Virus record (IMG/VR): IMGVR_UViG_3300021082_000080
Location: 1-29,528 of that record
Length of the DNA stretch: 29,528 bases
Direction: 5' to 3' (one strand)
DNA from: a virus
Lineage: Duplodnaviria; Caudoviricetes
Part shown: piece by piece, positions 8,764-16,478 of the stretch
How the letters are laid out: each line of letters starts with the position of its first letter
Position numbering within the stretch: position 1 is the first letter of the stretch
The notes under the pieces: model-generated
Seen by the model: the letters and a program-made list of their open reading frames with translations, nothing else
Database searches by the model: none
Told to the model about the DNA's origin: nothing
Made by a program: the position numbers and the translations under genes

Positions 8764-10307
8764 ACGAGCCCGCACCTCCTTGGCTTCTAACAATGAGGTC
8801 ATTGACTGGACTAACTGAGGCTCCAGGGGCCGAAAACAACCCTAAAATTCTTGGGATGGCCGAGGCCATAGCGAAGGCTTATCCCGACATGGCCTCCTAT
8901 TGCTCTATCTACACCCAAGATAGTACCGCGTGGTGTGGTCTTACTGCTGCGTATTGCTTCACCATGGCCGGCATTCGTCCGGTTTGGGGGCCTACCGATA
9001 CGGATCGTTGGCTGTGGGCAAAATCATTCAATAATCTTGAGTGGGGCTACCAGTTGGGTGCTCCGCGCCCCGGCTGTGCAGTGGTCATGACTCGTGACGG
9101 GGGCGGGCACATTTCATTTTACGAGCGCACCGAAGGTAGTTCTTATGTGTGTCGCGGGGGAAATCAAAGCGATGCCGTCAATCAGTCTTCCTACAAGATC
9201 TCGTCGGTCATTGCATTGATGTGGCCGAAGGCGGCCGGACCACCACCACCAGCGCCGCGCCGCACCATCCGAGAGGGTGACGAGGGTCCCGATGTCGAAT
9301 ACCTACAAGCGGCGCTGGGCATTCCCGCCGATGGCGAGTTTGGTCCGGTGACGACCAGTGGCGTGAAGGGATTTCAGACCGCGACCGGGTTGAAGTCGGA
9401 TGGCGTGGTGGGTCCGGCTACCTGGGAGAAGATCGACGCCCTGGTGCTGCGCATGGACACCGGCAGTGACGGGCTGGACGACGAATTAAAGAAAGAAATT
9501 GATGAGTTGGCGATAACGCATCCGCTTCAGGAATACGTCTGGAATGACCGGGGCCGTTCGCCAAGCGGTTATGTGGCAGGGATGGGGCAGTCGTTTGCGC
9601 TGGCGCTGACGTGGCTGTTGGCGGGCGATCCAGCGGCGGTGGAGATGGCGCAAGCTGAGGGCGATTCCGACCTGGATGCGCTGGCTTGGTACGAAGTCGA
9701 GTTTTCCATGATGGGTATGGACAACTCGAAGCCGGGCGCAGAGACGCTGCGGCATTTGTTTGCGCTGCTGATTGGCTTGGGGATGCGGGAGAGCTCCGGC
9801 CGCTACTGCGAAGGGCGCGACATGAGCGCCAGCAATACATCGGCGGAAACCTGCGAGGCGGGGTTGTTCCAGGCTAGTTGGAACATCAAGTCAGCCAGCC
9901 CCAATATGGGGCTGCTGTTGGAGGCGTACTGGGCCGATCCGCAGGGGTTTGTGGATATTTTCTCGGATGGGATCACACCGTCGGCCGATGAACTACAGAA
10001 TGCTGGCACCGGCCAAGGTGCGGCGTATCAGTTCCTCGCCAAGTACAGCCCGGCCTTTGCGGTCATGGTCGCGGCGATCGGGTTGCGGACAAGGCGGCAG
10101 CACTGGGGTCCGATCAACCGGCGCGAGGTCGAGTTGACGGAGGAGGCTGATGATTTTCTGAAAACGGTGGAGATGATGGTGCGCGATCTGCCCATCGTTG
10201 AACCGCCAGAACCAGAGCCGCCGCCCCAGAAACCGGCGACGGTTGTTGTCGACATTCAGGCGGAAGGCAATGTCGTGGTGACAGTGAATAGCGTGCCGAT
10301 GTCGTAG
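8760..10307 (+). CDS. Modular endolysin: CHAP/NlpC-like (TIGR02594-like) domain + peptidoglycan-binding domain + putative lysozyme-like domain
   Basis: AWCG...GGGHISFY...GGNQSDAVN Cys/His peptidase motifs; DGEFGPVT...FQ...GLKSDGVVGPATW PG-binding repeat; C-terminal RESSG...AGLFQASW. Confidence 0.8.
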   Translation: MNEPAPPWLLTMRSLTGLTEAPGAENNPKILGMAEAIAKAYPDMASYCSIYTQDSTAWCGLTAAYCFTMAGIRPVWGPTDTDRWLWAKSFNNLEWGYQLGAPRPGCAVVMTRDGGGHISFYERTEGSSYVCRGGNQSDAVNQSSYKISSVIALMWPKAAGPPPPAPRRTIREGDEGPDVEYLQAALGIPADGEFGPVTTSGVKGFQTATGLKSDGVVGPATWEKIDALVLRMDTGSDGLDDELKKEIDELAITHPLQEYVWNDRGRSPSGYVAGMGQSFALALTWLLAGDPAAVEMAQAEGDSDLDALAWYEVEFSMMGMDNSKPGAETLRHLFALLIGLGMRESSGRYCEGRDMSASNTSAETCEAGLFQASWNIKSASPNMGLLLEAYWADPQGFVDIFSDGITPSADELQNAGTGQGAAYQFLAKYSPAFAVMVAAIGLRTRRQHWGPINRREVELTEEADDFLKTVEMMVRDLPIVEPPEPEPPPQKPATVVVDIQAEGNVVVTVNSVPMS

Positions 10308-10332
10308 GAACGGTGACGGCCATCGCGGCGTT
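10307..10332 (+). promoter_or_regulatory. sigma-EcfG (general stress response) type promoter
   Basis: GGAAC-N17-CGTT, matching the alphaproteobacterial EcfG/RpoE2/SigT consensus, about 48 nt upstream of a micro-ORF. Confidence 0.6.
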
Positions 10333-10379
10333 GTCCCAGCCTCAGGCCCCAATCTGGGGCCGAAGAGGAGGAAACGACC

Positions 10380-10463
10380 ATGGCCGCCGATCCACGCGAT
10401 CCCAACAAGCCGGACGACGACAAGCAGAACCCGAAACCGGGACAGCCTAACCAGCCGCGCTAG
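10380..10463 (+). CDS. 27-aa hydrophilic micro-protein MAADPRDPNKPDDDKQNPKPGQPNQPR
   Basis: Strong GAGGAGG RBS, own candidate promoter and downstream terminator; below ORF-track cutoff. Confidence 0.55.
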   Translation: MAADPRDPNKPDDDKQNPKPGQPNQPR

Positions 10464-10687
10464 TCTTCGGGAAAGCCGTCTCTTTGGAGGCGGCTTTTTC
10501 CCTTGGCATTGAGAAAATCCTTCACCTCTTGTTTCCATCGAATGCGAGCTTCGTTTCCTAGGTCGCCAGCGCCGCGCCGCAACAGATCCAGGGCGGTGTC
10601 AGAGCCGAGCGTATCCCCCATGAACTCCAGCACCTCTGGCCCCCGCTCTTGCCATCCCGCGCTACGGCTCTCGTTGTTGGCGCACAT
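10460..10687 (-). CDS. Hypothetical protein, 75 aa
   Basis: Preceded by the AAGGGAATGAACG-ATG leader shared with neighbouring micro-ORFs. Confidence 0.4.
   Translation of the reverse strand: MCANNESRSAGWQERGPEVLEFMGDTLGSDTALDLLRRGAGDLGNEARIRWKQEVKDFLNAKGKSRLQRDGFPED
10472..10499. terminator. Intrinsic terminator, probably bidirectional
   Basis: AAAGCCGTCTC-TTTG-GAGGCGGCTTTTT hairpin between convergent gene blocks. Confidence 0.7.
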
Positions 10688-10730
10688 CGTTCATTCCCTT
10701 TCTCGCTCATATGATGCAAACGGTTTGCGC

Positions 10731-10851
10731 TTTGCGGAGCGGGCCGGGCGCTACGCCGGCTGGGTGAACCACCACATCTGCGACGGCCGAAGCCTGCGGT
10801 GCCAGTGTGGACGAGAGCGCGTGTCTGCTTTCCACGCCGCCGCTCCGCAAA
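10731..10851 (-). ncRNA. tRNA-like structured RNA candidate
   Basis: 12-bp closing stem TTTGCGGAGCGG/CCGCTCCGCAAA, D-arm-like GCGTG/CACGC, central arm ending in GGC-TTCG-GCC, T-arm-like GCCGG/CCGGC adjacent to the 3' strand. Confidence 0.55.
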
Positions 10852-10870
10852 TGCCCCCGCTGCCGACGCA

Positions 10871-11056
10871 TCAACGAGAACAGCTACACGGTCGGCTGGT
10901 GATGTATGAGCCGTCAGATTTAGGTCCGATGGGCTCTAGCCATCCGGTCCCGCCACACCTGTTGCACAAGGTCTTAGTTTCGCTGTAGAGGAGCTGGTGC
11001 CCCTCTTTGTCAGAGTGCCAAGTTTTACACGTTGGGCAGTAAGGTTTGAATGCCAT
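10871..11056 (-). CDS. Small Cys-rich putative zinc-binding protein, 61 aa
   Basis: CPTC..WH, CNRCGGTG and CSC motifs; GAGGA RBS. Confidence 0.5.
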   Translation of the reverse strand: MAFKPYCPTCKTWHSDKEGHQLLYSETKTLCNRCGGTGWLEPIGPKSDGSYITSRPCSCSR

Positions 11057-11078
11057 TATTATCCTCGTTCATTCCCCA

Positions 11079-11201
11079 TCAACGCGGCTTCATCATAAAC
11101 CAAACAATTAGCAGCAGCCCCATTACTAGGGGGACGGCGACCAGTGCGAAGGCCATCGCAAATTCTGGTGTGGCAACTCCTAAGCCGAGTTCTGTCGCCA
11201 T
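11079..11201 (-). CDS. 40-aa single-TM peptide MATELGLGVATPEFAMAFALVAVPLVMGLLLIVWFMMKPR
   Basis: Translated by hand; clean TM helix with basic C-terminus; AAGGGAATGAACG-ATG leader. Confidence 0.55.
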   Translation of the reverse strand: MATELGLGVATPEFAMAFALVAVPLVMGLLLIVWFMMKPR

Positions 11202-11236
11202 CGTTCATTCCCTTATCATTGATATGTGCCGCGCTA

Positions 11237-11584
11237 TCACCGCCGACACCTCCATGATTTGCCGCCGCGGGTTTCGACCTTGCGCAGCCCGTGGCGCGCG
11301 CAGAAGCCGTCACTGCGCGGCATGTTAATTTTCTTCGCCTCATTTGAGGGAGCAAAAATTAACATGGCCGGCTTAGGCCGCGGCAGCGGCACGACCTCCG
11401 CGACCCGCACGGGCGGCGCCGCGACCGGTGTGGGCGGCAGGTATTGCACCGTGCGCACGGTCCTCACCATAGGCGGCGGCGGCTCTGGCCGCTCCACGCG
11501 CGCCTGCGGGGGCGACAGCGCGAAGCCGAGTGCGACCACGGCAGGCATGGCCCAGACCAGCGCAATCTTCCATATCCATCCCAT
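11237..11584 (-). CDS. Exported/membrane-anchored Pro-rich protein with C-terminal Cys pair
   Basis: N-terminal hydrophobic segment, Pro-rich linker with PLPRPKP, C-terminal CARHGLRKVETRGGKSWRCRR. Confidence 0.65.
   Translation of the reverse strand: MGWIWKIALVWAMPAVVALGFALSPPQARVERPEPPPPMVRTVRTVQYLPPTPVAAPPVRVAEVVPLPRPKPAMLIFAPSNEAKKINMPRSDGFCARHGLRKVETRGGKSWRCRR
11321..11366. repeat. AT-rich inverted repeat inside CDS
   Basis: CATGTTAATTTT (11321-11332) / AAAATTAACATG (11355-11366) with inner CCTCA/TGAGG. Confidence 0.8.
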
Positions 11585-11676
11585 GGCTCTTGCCTAAAGA
11601 GAAACCCGCCGGCGCAGGGGGTTGGTCCGTTACCGGCGGGTCCATCGTGCTGACGACTAGGAGCGACCCTTGAGCG

Positions 11677-12384
11677 TCAGCCGATTGCTGCAGCCTTGCG
11701 GCGGCGTGCCAGCCCGAGCAGGAACAGTCCGCCCGCGAGCGCGCCCGGTAAGCCGGCACCGACCATCGGTCCGGGTACAGCCGCTGTCGGGCCAACCTCG
11801 ATCCGATAATGCTCGAAATCGGCGATCGAGCCGCCGACGATTCGGATGTCCAGATCAAGGATGCGCTCGCCGTTGATGGCTTTGAGATCGAAGCCCGATT
11901 GCGCAGTGGCCGAGAGTTGGAAGTCCGCGAGAGAAAATCCGGGAGTGAGCGGGTTGAACTGAAACGTCTTGGTGGTGCCGTCCGCCTCCAAGGCCGTCAC
12001 CGTGAGAAACGCAACGCCGGTCCCCTTTAGGGAGAATATCTCCCTGGTGGTGGTGACAACGTTGACGTTTGTGGGATCGTAAACCTTGATATCCAGTTCG
12101 TTAGTGTTGACGATCTTGATGTCATTGCCGTTAGCCGCTCCGGAGAAAATACCGCCCAGGATGCCGCCATCAGGATTGAAGACGGAGCGGTCCAGAAATC
12201 GAACAACCTCGTCGTGCTGGCCATTGAGGTGACCCAGGACGAGACCGGGAAAGAGCTGGCTGAAGATGACATTATCGCCAGTACCGCCTAACCCGTGGGT
12301 ATCGAGGATAATGTCGGCGCGGGTCGGATTAGAGCAGGCTACTAGGGCGGTGGCGGCTAACAAAGCTGCGGCTAGAGTCTTCAT
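11677..12384 (-). CDS. Secreted protein with PEP-CTERM-like (VPGP) C-terminal sorting signal
   Basis: Signal peptide MKTLAAALLAATALVAC; beta-rich body; AVPGPMVGAGLPG + TM helix + RRRK. Confidence 0.85.
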   Translation of the reverse strand: MKTLAAALLAATALVACSNPTRADIILDTHGLGGTGDNVIFSQLFPGLVLGHLNGQHDEVVRFLDRSVFNPDGGILGGIFSGAANGNDIKIVNTNELDIKVYDPTNVNVVTTTREIFSLKGTGVAFLTVTALEADGTTKTFQFNPLTPGFSLADFQLSATAQSGFDLKAINGERILDLDIRIVGGSIADFEHYRIEVGPTAAVPGPMVGAGLPGALAGGLFLLGLARRRKAAAIG

Positions 12385-12559
12385 CGTCGTCGTCCTCTCT
12401 GGGGTGGGTCAATGTTGGATTTTTTGCGTTGCTGGTGTAGCCCGTTGCATTGCAGCGACGGCTAAGTTGTCGTAATGCCTTAAATTTCCCACAGTAGCCG
12501 AGTATGCGTAATTCGAGTGTTTTCAAGGACTTACGGCCTTCGAATTCAGGCATTTTCGT
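12385..12559. other. Putative attP region
   Basis: AT-richer non-coding gap directly downstream of integrase; IHF-like TTTCAAGGACTTA at 12521-12533; imperfect hairpin 12438-12464; core not identified. Confidence 0.5.
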
Positions 12560-13501
12560 TCATCTGTTCTTCGGGCGTTCACGGCCACTCTGCCACCGAT
12601 TAGTGACATGCTCGCGCGGCGTTCCCTCCAGATGCAAGATCGCCGCCGAGGCGTTCTCCTGCTGGCTCGACAGCCGACAATAACGGCCAACCATATCCTC
12701 CGACATGCCGACCATGTCAGCAATCTGCCGGGTCGAGGCACCGGAGCGCGACAGCCGCACGCAGGCCGCCGCTCGCAGCCCGTGCAGGACGAGGCCAGCG
12801 GCCCGTAGCGGCCCTAGGGCTGCGTTGCCATCCCGCTCCCGCTTCCAAGTCTGGCTCAAGTCCTCGCGAGTCCACGGGCCTCCTGTGGACCGCAGCAGGA
12901 TAAAGCCGGGGGCGCGTTCCCAGGTCGCCATGGCGGTCTGCAGCGTTCCCGTCATCGGCACCCACAGTTTCCGCTTGGTCTTTACCTGCACGACGTTGAT
13001 GCCGGGGCGGCCCCTGAACTCTTCGATATCGGTCCACCTCATTTTCACGAGGTCGCTGCCCCTCTGGCCCGTGTTGGCGCCAAGCGTGATGACACGCGCC
13101 AGGTCGGGCCGCGCAAACTCCTCCGCGATCGCCACCTGTTCGTCCGTCCACGGTACATGCCCGCCGTCCGAGTGCTCGACCTCCACGCCGAGCGTAATCG
13201 CGTTTGGCAACAGGTCGCGCACCACGGCCCAGCGCTCGAGCTGCTTGAGCGCCGTCAGCGCGGCCATCTGCTTGCCGGGCCGCCCCGCGTAGCCGTCCAA
13301 GAAGGCCTGGATGAGCGACGGCCGGATCTGCGCGGCCGGCAGCGCGCCGAGCGGAGGGATCTCGGCCAGCGACAATTCACGCAACCACATGATGCGGGTG
13401 TTTTTCGCATATGCCTGGAATTTGGGGCTCGTGATGTAGGCCCGGATCACCGCGGCAAAACTGTCGGGATCGATCCTAGCGAGAACGGGACGCGATGGCA
13501 T
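12560..13501 (-). CDS. int: Tyrosine integrase
   Basis: TGQRGSDL (Arg I), VKTK (Lys), LHGLR (HxxR), MVGRY (Tyr). Confidence 0.92.
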   Translation of the reverse strand: MPSRPVLARIDPDSFAAVIRAYITSPKFQAYAKNTRIMWLRELSLAEIPPLGALPAAQIRPSLIQAFLDGYAGRPGKQMAALTALKQLERWAVVRDLLPNAITLGVEVEHSDGGHVPWTDEQVAIAEEFARPDLARVITLGANTGQRGSDLVKMRWTDIEEFRGRPGINVVQVKTKRKLWVPMTGTLQTAMATWERAPGFILLRSTGGPWTREDLSQTWKRERDGNAALGPLRAAGLVLHGLRAAACVRLSRSGASTRQIADMVGMSEDMVGRYCRLSSQQENASAAILHLEGTPREHVTNRWQSGRERPKNR

Positions 13502-13751
13502 TGCGGGTCGCCTCCGTTATTCGGCTAGCCAACTCGTCGGGAGACGACGTCACCATAGCGGACTCGCCGTCAAGCCACTTCTCCACGTCTGTCCACTTCC
13601 AAATCCGCTTGCCATACTGCACCCGTGGGGGCGGAAGCTTGCCAGCTTTCACCCATGAATCAACAGTGCGCCGTGAGACGCAGAGGTGATGTGAGAGAGT
13701 TTCAATGTCTTGATAAGGTGGAAAAAACAACCGCTGTTCACTGACTTTCAT
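13476..13751 (-). CDS. xis: Excisionase / AlpA-like HTH protein
   Basis: LCVSRRTVDSWVKAGKLPPP...WKWTDVEKWL; overlaps integrase start. Confidence 0.8.
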   Translation of the reverse strand: MKVSEQRLFFPPYQDIETLSHHLCVSRRTVDSWVKAGKLPPPRVQYGKRIWKWTDVEKWLDGESAMVTSSPDELASRITEATRNAIASRSR

Positions 13752-14647
13752 GGTGTCGCCCCGGCCTTGTCCACTTTTGCTGCTGTGGGTCTGTGGCGGT
13801 TGTCGAGGGCGGCTCTGAGGATGGCCTGGTCGTCTTTGTCGATCTTATCCCACGCCCCCTTGAGCGCGGCCGTGCCCTTGGTGGCGGCGACACTCAACTG
13901 CTTATCGAGCCGCTCCATGCGGTCGGTAGTGGTCTCCTCCGCACCGTATTCCCTACCAGTCGGTGCGGAGGAGTCATCGGGAGCGACCAGGGGGGCTGCG
14001 TCGGCTTCCCGAACTACTGAATTGTCATCTGTGTTCTCGCCCGTCTCCGGGTCGGGCGCGACCTCGGCGAGTTTGGCCATCTTTAGTGGCGCAGGCGTCG
14101 GTGCTCGCCGTTCCTTGGCTGGCCCATCGTCGAACTCCTCCGGCGACCAAACGCCGAGCATGAGCTCCGGCGTGTGCCGTCGCGCCCAAACGCGACTGCC
14201 GTGATACATCAACTGTTGGTCGGGCTGGGTCTGCCAGACTTTGTTTGGCGTGCGGGCTTCTTTCAGCGTCACGTTCACTGTGCGCGGCTCTGGCTCGCCG
14301 CGGAGCTGGCCGCTGACCGTGATGGTCCGCTTGTCGCCCTCGCCATCGTATTCGAATGACAGCCGCTGTGTGAGACCGCCGCGCGAGTTGATGACGGCGG
14401 CGACGAGCTTGCCGCTGTGCATCAACTTGCCTTGGATGACGCTGCATTCCTGCGCAACGGCAAATGGGTCTAAATTCCACCGCTTGGCTTGCATAATCAC
14501 CATCAGACAATCCGCTGGCGACTTTTGTAAAGCCGTGGGAACCAGCTTGGCGCCCGCCATAAGATTGGCCAGCGCCATGGCTTCTGGCATATTGGTTGGC
14601 TCAAGTGAGACAGCCATCCCGTGTTCAATCTTTGCAATCTCGTTCAT
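13748..14647 (-). CDS. recT: RecT/Bet-family single-strand annealing protein
   Basis: PADCLMVIMQA..WNLDPFAVAQ....IQGK, WQTQPDQQL.Y...R.WARRHTPELMLGVWSPEE; adjacent exonuclease. Confidence 0.85.
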   Translation of the reverse strand: MNEIAKIEHGMAVSLEPTNMPEAMALANLMAGAKLVPTALQKSPADCLMVIMQAKRWNLDPFAVAQECSVIQGKLMHSGKLVAAVINSRGGLTQRLSFEYDGEGDKRTITVSGQLRGEPEPRTVNVTLKEARTPNKVWQTQPDQQLMYHGSRVWARRHTPELMLGVWSPEEFDDGPAKERRAPTPAPLKMAKLAEVAPDPETGENTDDNSVVREADAAPLVAPDDSSAPTGREYGAEETTTDRMERLDKQLSVAATKGTAALKGAWDKIDKDDQAILRAALDNRHRPTAAKVDKAGATP

Positions 14648-15438
14648 GTTGCTTCTGCCTCTTCGCGAAGTGATAGCCGACCCGCACGATCGCGCGTGAT
14701 GACTACCGAATGACCGAATGCTTTCTTGCCGTCAGGCGGCATCAGCGCCTTGAGTTCTTTCTCGGCCATCTCGGCAAGCTTCTTGCCGGCGATGTTCTCG
14801 CGCCATAAGAACGCCGACGCTGCCCAAGCGTTTGAACTAGACATTTCGTAGACCTTGCCGGGCACGGGCGCGGCCACCGGCTCGCCGATGTCGATCGGCG
14901 GCGTTTTGCTCCACACGCACTCCATGAATGCCTGCCCGCGCCGCATCAACTCGGCACCGTAGTCCTCATCGTAGTCGACGAAGTCCACGATCGGCTCGCG
15001 CGCACCCTGAATGATTGACAGCGCACACTGTTTCGTGCCGGTCACGATCATCTGCCAGTGCATTTGCGGTTGATACCGCTCGACCAATGTCTCGAACGGT
15101 TCGTGTCCCCCGCAATGTTTGCATTCAATGACGCAGTTGTGCAGATCAGACCAAGCATCTAGCGTGCAGGCGGCCCAGCCGTTGGCATGTACAACAACTT
15201 CGCCGTGCCTCGATGTCGGACCGTGCTTGAGGTCAAACCACATGGTTTGGAGATGTTCAGTAACTTCGCCGAGCCTAACCGGCCAGACCTCCTCCAAATT
15301 TTCAGCGACGAAACTCGGGTCGTCCGTCATCTCCATATACAATTGCATGATCTTGGCGGTGTCGCCGCGCATCAGACATGCCACACGAGACGCCGTGAGC
15401 TTGCCCTTCCTCGCCGCGATCTGTTCCGGCGACAGCAT
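14644..15438 (-). CDS. YqaJ / lambda-type recombination exonuclease
   Basis: RKGKLTASRV, ACTLDA, IECKH, YQPQMHWQM motifs. Confidence 0.88.
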   Translation of the reverse strand: MLSPEQIAARKGKLTASRVACLMRGDTAKIMQLYMEMTDDPSFVAENLEEVWPVRLGEVTEHLQTMWFDLKHGPTSRHGEVVVHANGWAACTLDAWSDLHNCVIECKHCGGHEPFETLVERYQPQMHWQMIVTGTKQCALSIIQGAREPIVDFVDYDEDYGAELMRRGQAFMECVWSKTPPIDIGEPVAAPVPGKVYEMSSSNAWAASAFLWRENIAGKKLAEMAEKELKALMPPDGKKAFGHSVVITRDRAGRLSLREEAEAT

Positions 15439-15596
15439 TACGCTTTCCTCTGCTCGCTGATCACCTCAAGCTCACGCTTCCAGTCGGCTAGATCGCGCTC
15501 CACCTGGGTCGCGATCCGTTCGATCCGCGCCATGGCGGCAATGATCGCGTCGCAGGCGGCAATCGCACTCTCAACTTGGTCGTCGGTGAGCATCAT
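15438..15596 (-). CDS. Hypothetical protein, 52 aa (MMLTDDQVESAIAAC...)
   Basis: Hand-translated; stop/start overlaps with both neighbours. Confidence 0.65.
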   Translation of the reverse strand: MMLTDDQVESAIAACDAIIAAMARIERIATQVERDLADWKRELEVISEQRKA

Positions 15597-15775
15597 CACA
15601 GGAGCACCAACTCTTTCTTGCGGTAGTCGTCCGCGATCTCGTCCATCAGCGCGATTTGCTTGTCAGCCTGTGCGAGTGACATTTTCTTTTGCTCCACCCA
15701 GCGCGGATAGACTTTGCGGCGCATCTTCGCTTCCCGCTCTGCGGCTTCTCGTTTCTCGGTGTCGGTGAAGGTCAC
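15596..15775 (-). CDS. Hypothetical phage protein, 59 aa (MTFTDTEKREAAEREAKMRRKVYPRWV...)
   Basis: Hand-translated; GTGA and TGATG coupling to neighbours. Confidence 0.7.
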   Translation of the reverse strand: MTFTDTEKREAAEREAKMRRKVYPRWVEQKKMSLAQADKQIALMDEIADDYRKKELVLL

Positions 15776-16038
15776 GACGCGCGCCCCGCGCCGTAGATCA
15801 CAACGGCACCCTGCGCCATGAACCCGTCGCCGCTGCGGCGCGGCCCGGCGAACACCGCATAACCGCTGGTGTCGTCGACGCGGTTCATGATCTCTGAGAT
15901 GGCGTCTTGCACCGCATCGCGGCTAGCGGCGGTGATCTTGTAGAGCACGCGGTTGGGCTGCCTGGGGTCGGGGTCGACCTCGAACAGCACGGCGCGGTTC
16001 GCCAGGTGGTCGACGAGGTTGCGGATGGGGTCCGTCAT
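15772..16038 (-). CDS. Hypothetical protein, 88 aa
   Basis: ATGA-coupled start MTDPIRN in leftward early operon. Confidence 0.65.
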   Translation of the reverse strand: MTDPIRNLVDHLANRAVLFEVDPDPRQPNRVLYKITAASRDAVQDAISEIMNRVDDTSGYAVFAGPRRSGDGFMAQGAVVIYGAGRAS

Positions 16039-16478
16039 CCCACGGCAGCCTTGCGCGAGAGGCCCCACGCCTCAAGTGCGTCGGCGTGTTTTAGTTTTGC
16101 GTGGCCTTCAAGGGTAAGGCGATTGACGTTGTAGTCGATATCGGCCCGGCTCATCTGTTCGAGAAGCACATACTCAGGCTCAGGATTGTTTTTCGAATGA
16201 ACGGCCGGGTATCGCCATTGCAGCCCACTAAAGCCAGTAAAGCGGGGCGAGCTATCGTCTTCGCTGTCATCGTCGAAAAGTTTGCGGCATTGCGCTCGCG
16301 CAATCTGGCGTAATTGTAAATGACATCCAGCCCGGACCAGCGGGTGCGAGCTTTCGGACGGGTCGAGCTCCTTAAGGGCTTCCGTCGCTATCCATGACGG
16401 ATTAATCCTCGGTTGCACGCGGCGAACATCAATGATGCGCGCGACAATATCCGCTAACTGACTTTCTTCGTGGGTCAT
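16035..16478 (-). CDS. Hypothetical protein, 147 aa
   Basis: AGGAGA RBS, ATGA coupling on both sides. Confidence 0.7.
   Translation of the reverse strand: MTHEESQLADIVARIIDVRRVQPRINPSWIATEALKELDPSESSHPLVRAGCHLQLRQIARAQCRKLFDDDSEDDSSPRFTGFSGLQWRYPAVHSKNNPEPEYVLLEQMSRADIDYNVNRLTLEGHAKLKHADALEAWGLSRKAAVG

Noticed and set aside
10318-10370. GTCCCAGCCTC resembling the start of an HDV-like ribozyme
   Set aside because: P1/P3 pairing and the L3 loop could not be built; the region is better explained as promoter plus leader
10731-10851. Canonical tRNA gene
   Set aside because: No 7-nt anticodon loop, no TTCGA T-loop, no CCA; kept only as a tRNA-like candidate
11059-11355. 98-aa ORF from the track
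   Set aside because: An alternative frame gives a clean 40-aa TM peptide with the shared leader, and this ORF overlaps 11237..11584
12484-12512. dif-like TTACGCATA half-site on the minus strand
   Set aside because: No TTATG-type XerD arm, and the phage has its own integrase
12556-12563. ATGAACGA at the integrase stop matching the micro-ORF junction motif (integron-like capture idea)
   Set aside because: Only 8 bp, and the same octamer occurs as ordinary Met-Asn-Glu starts of recT and the endolysin
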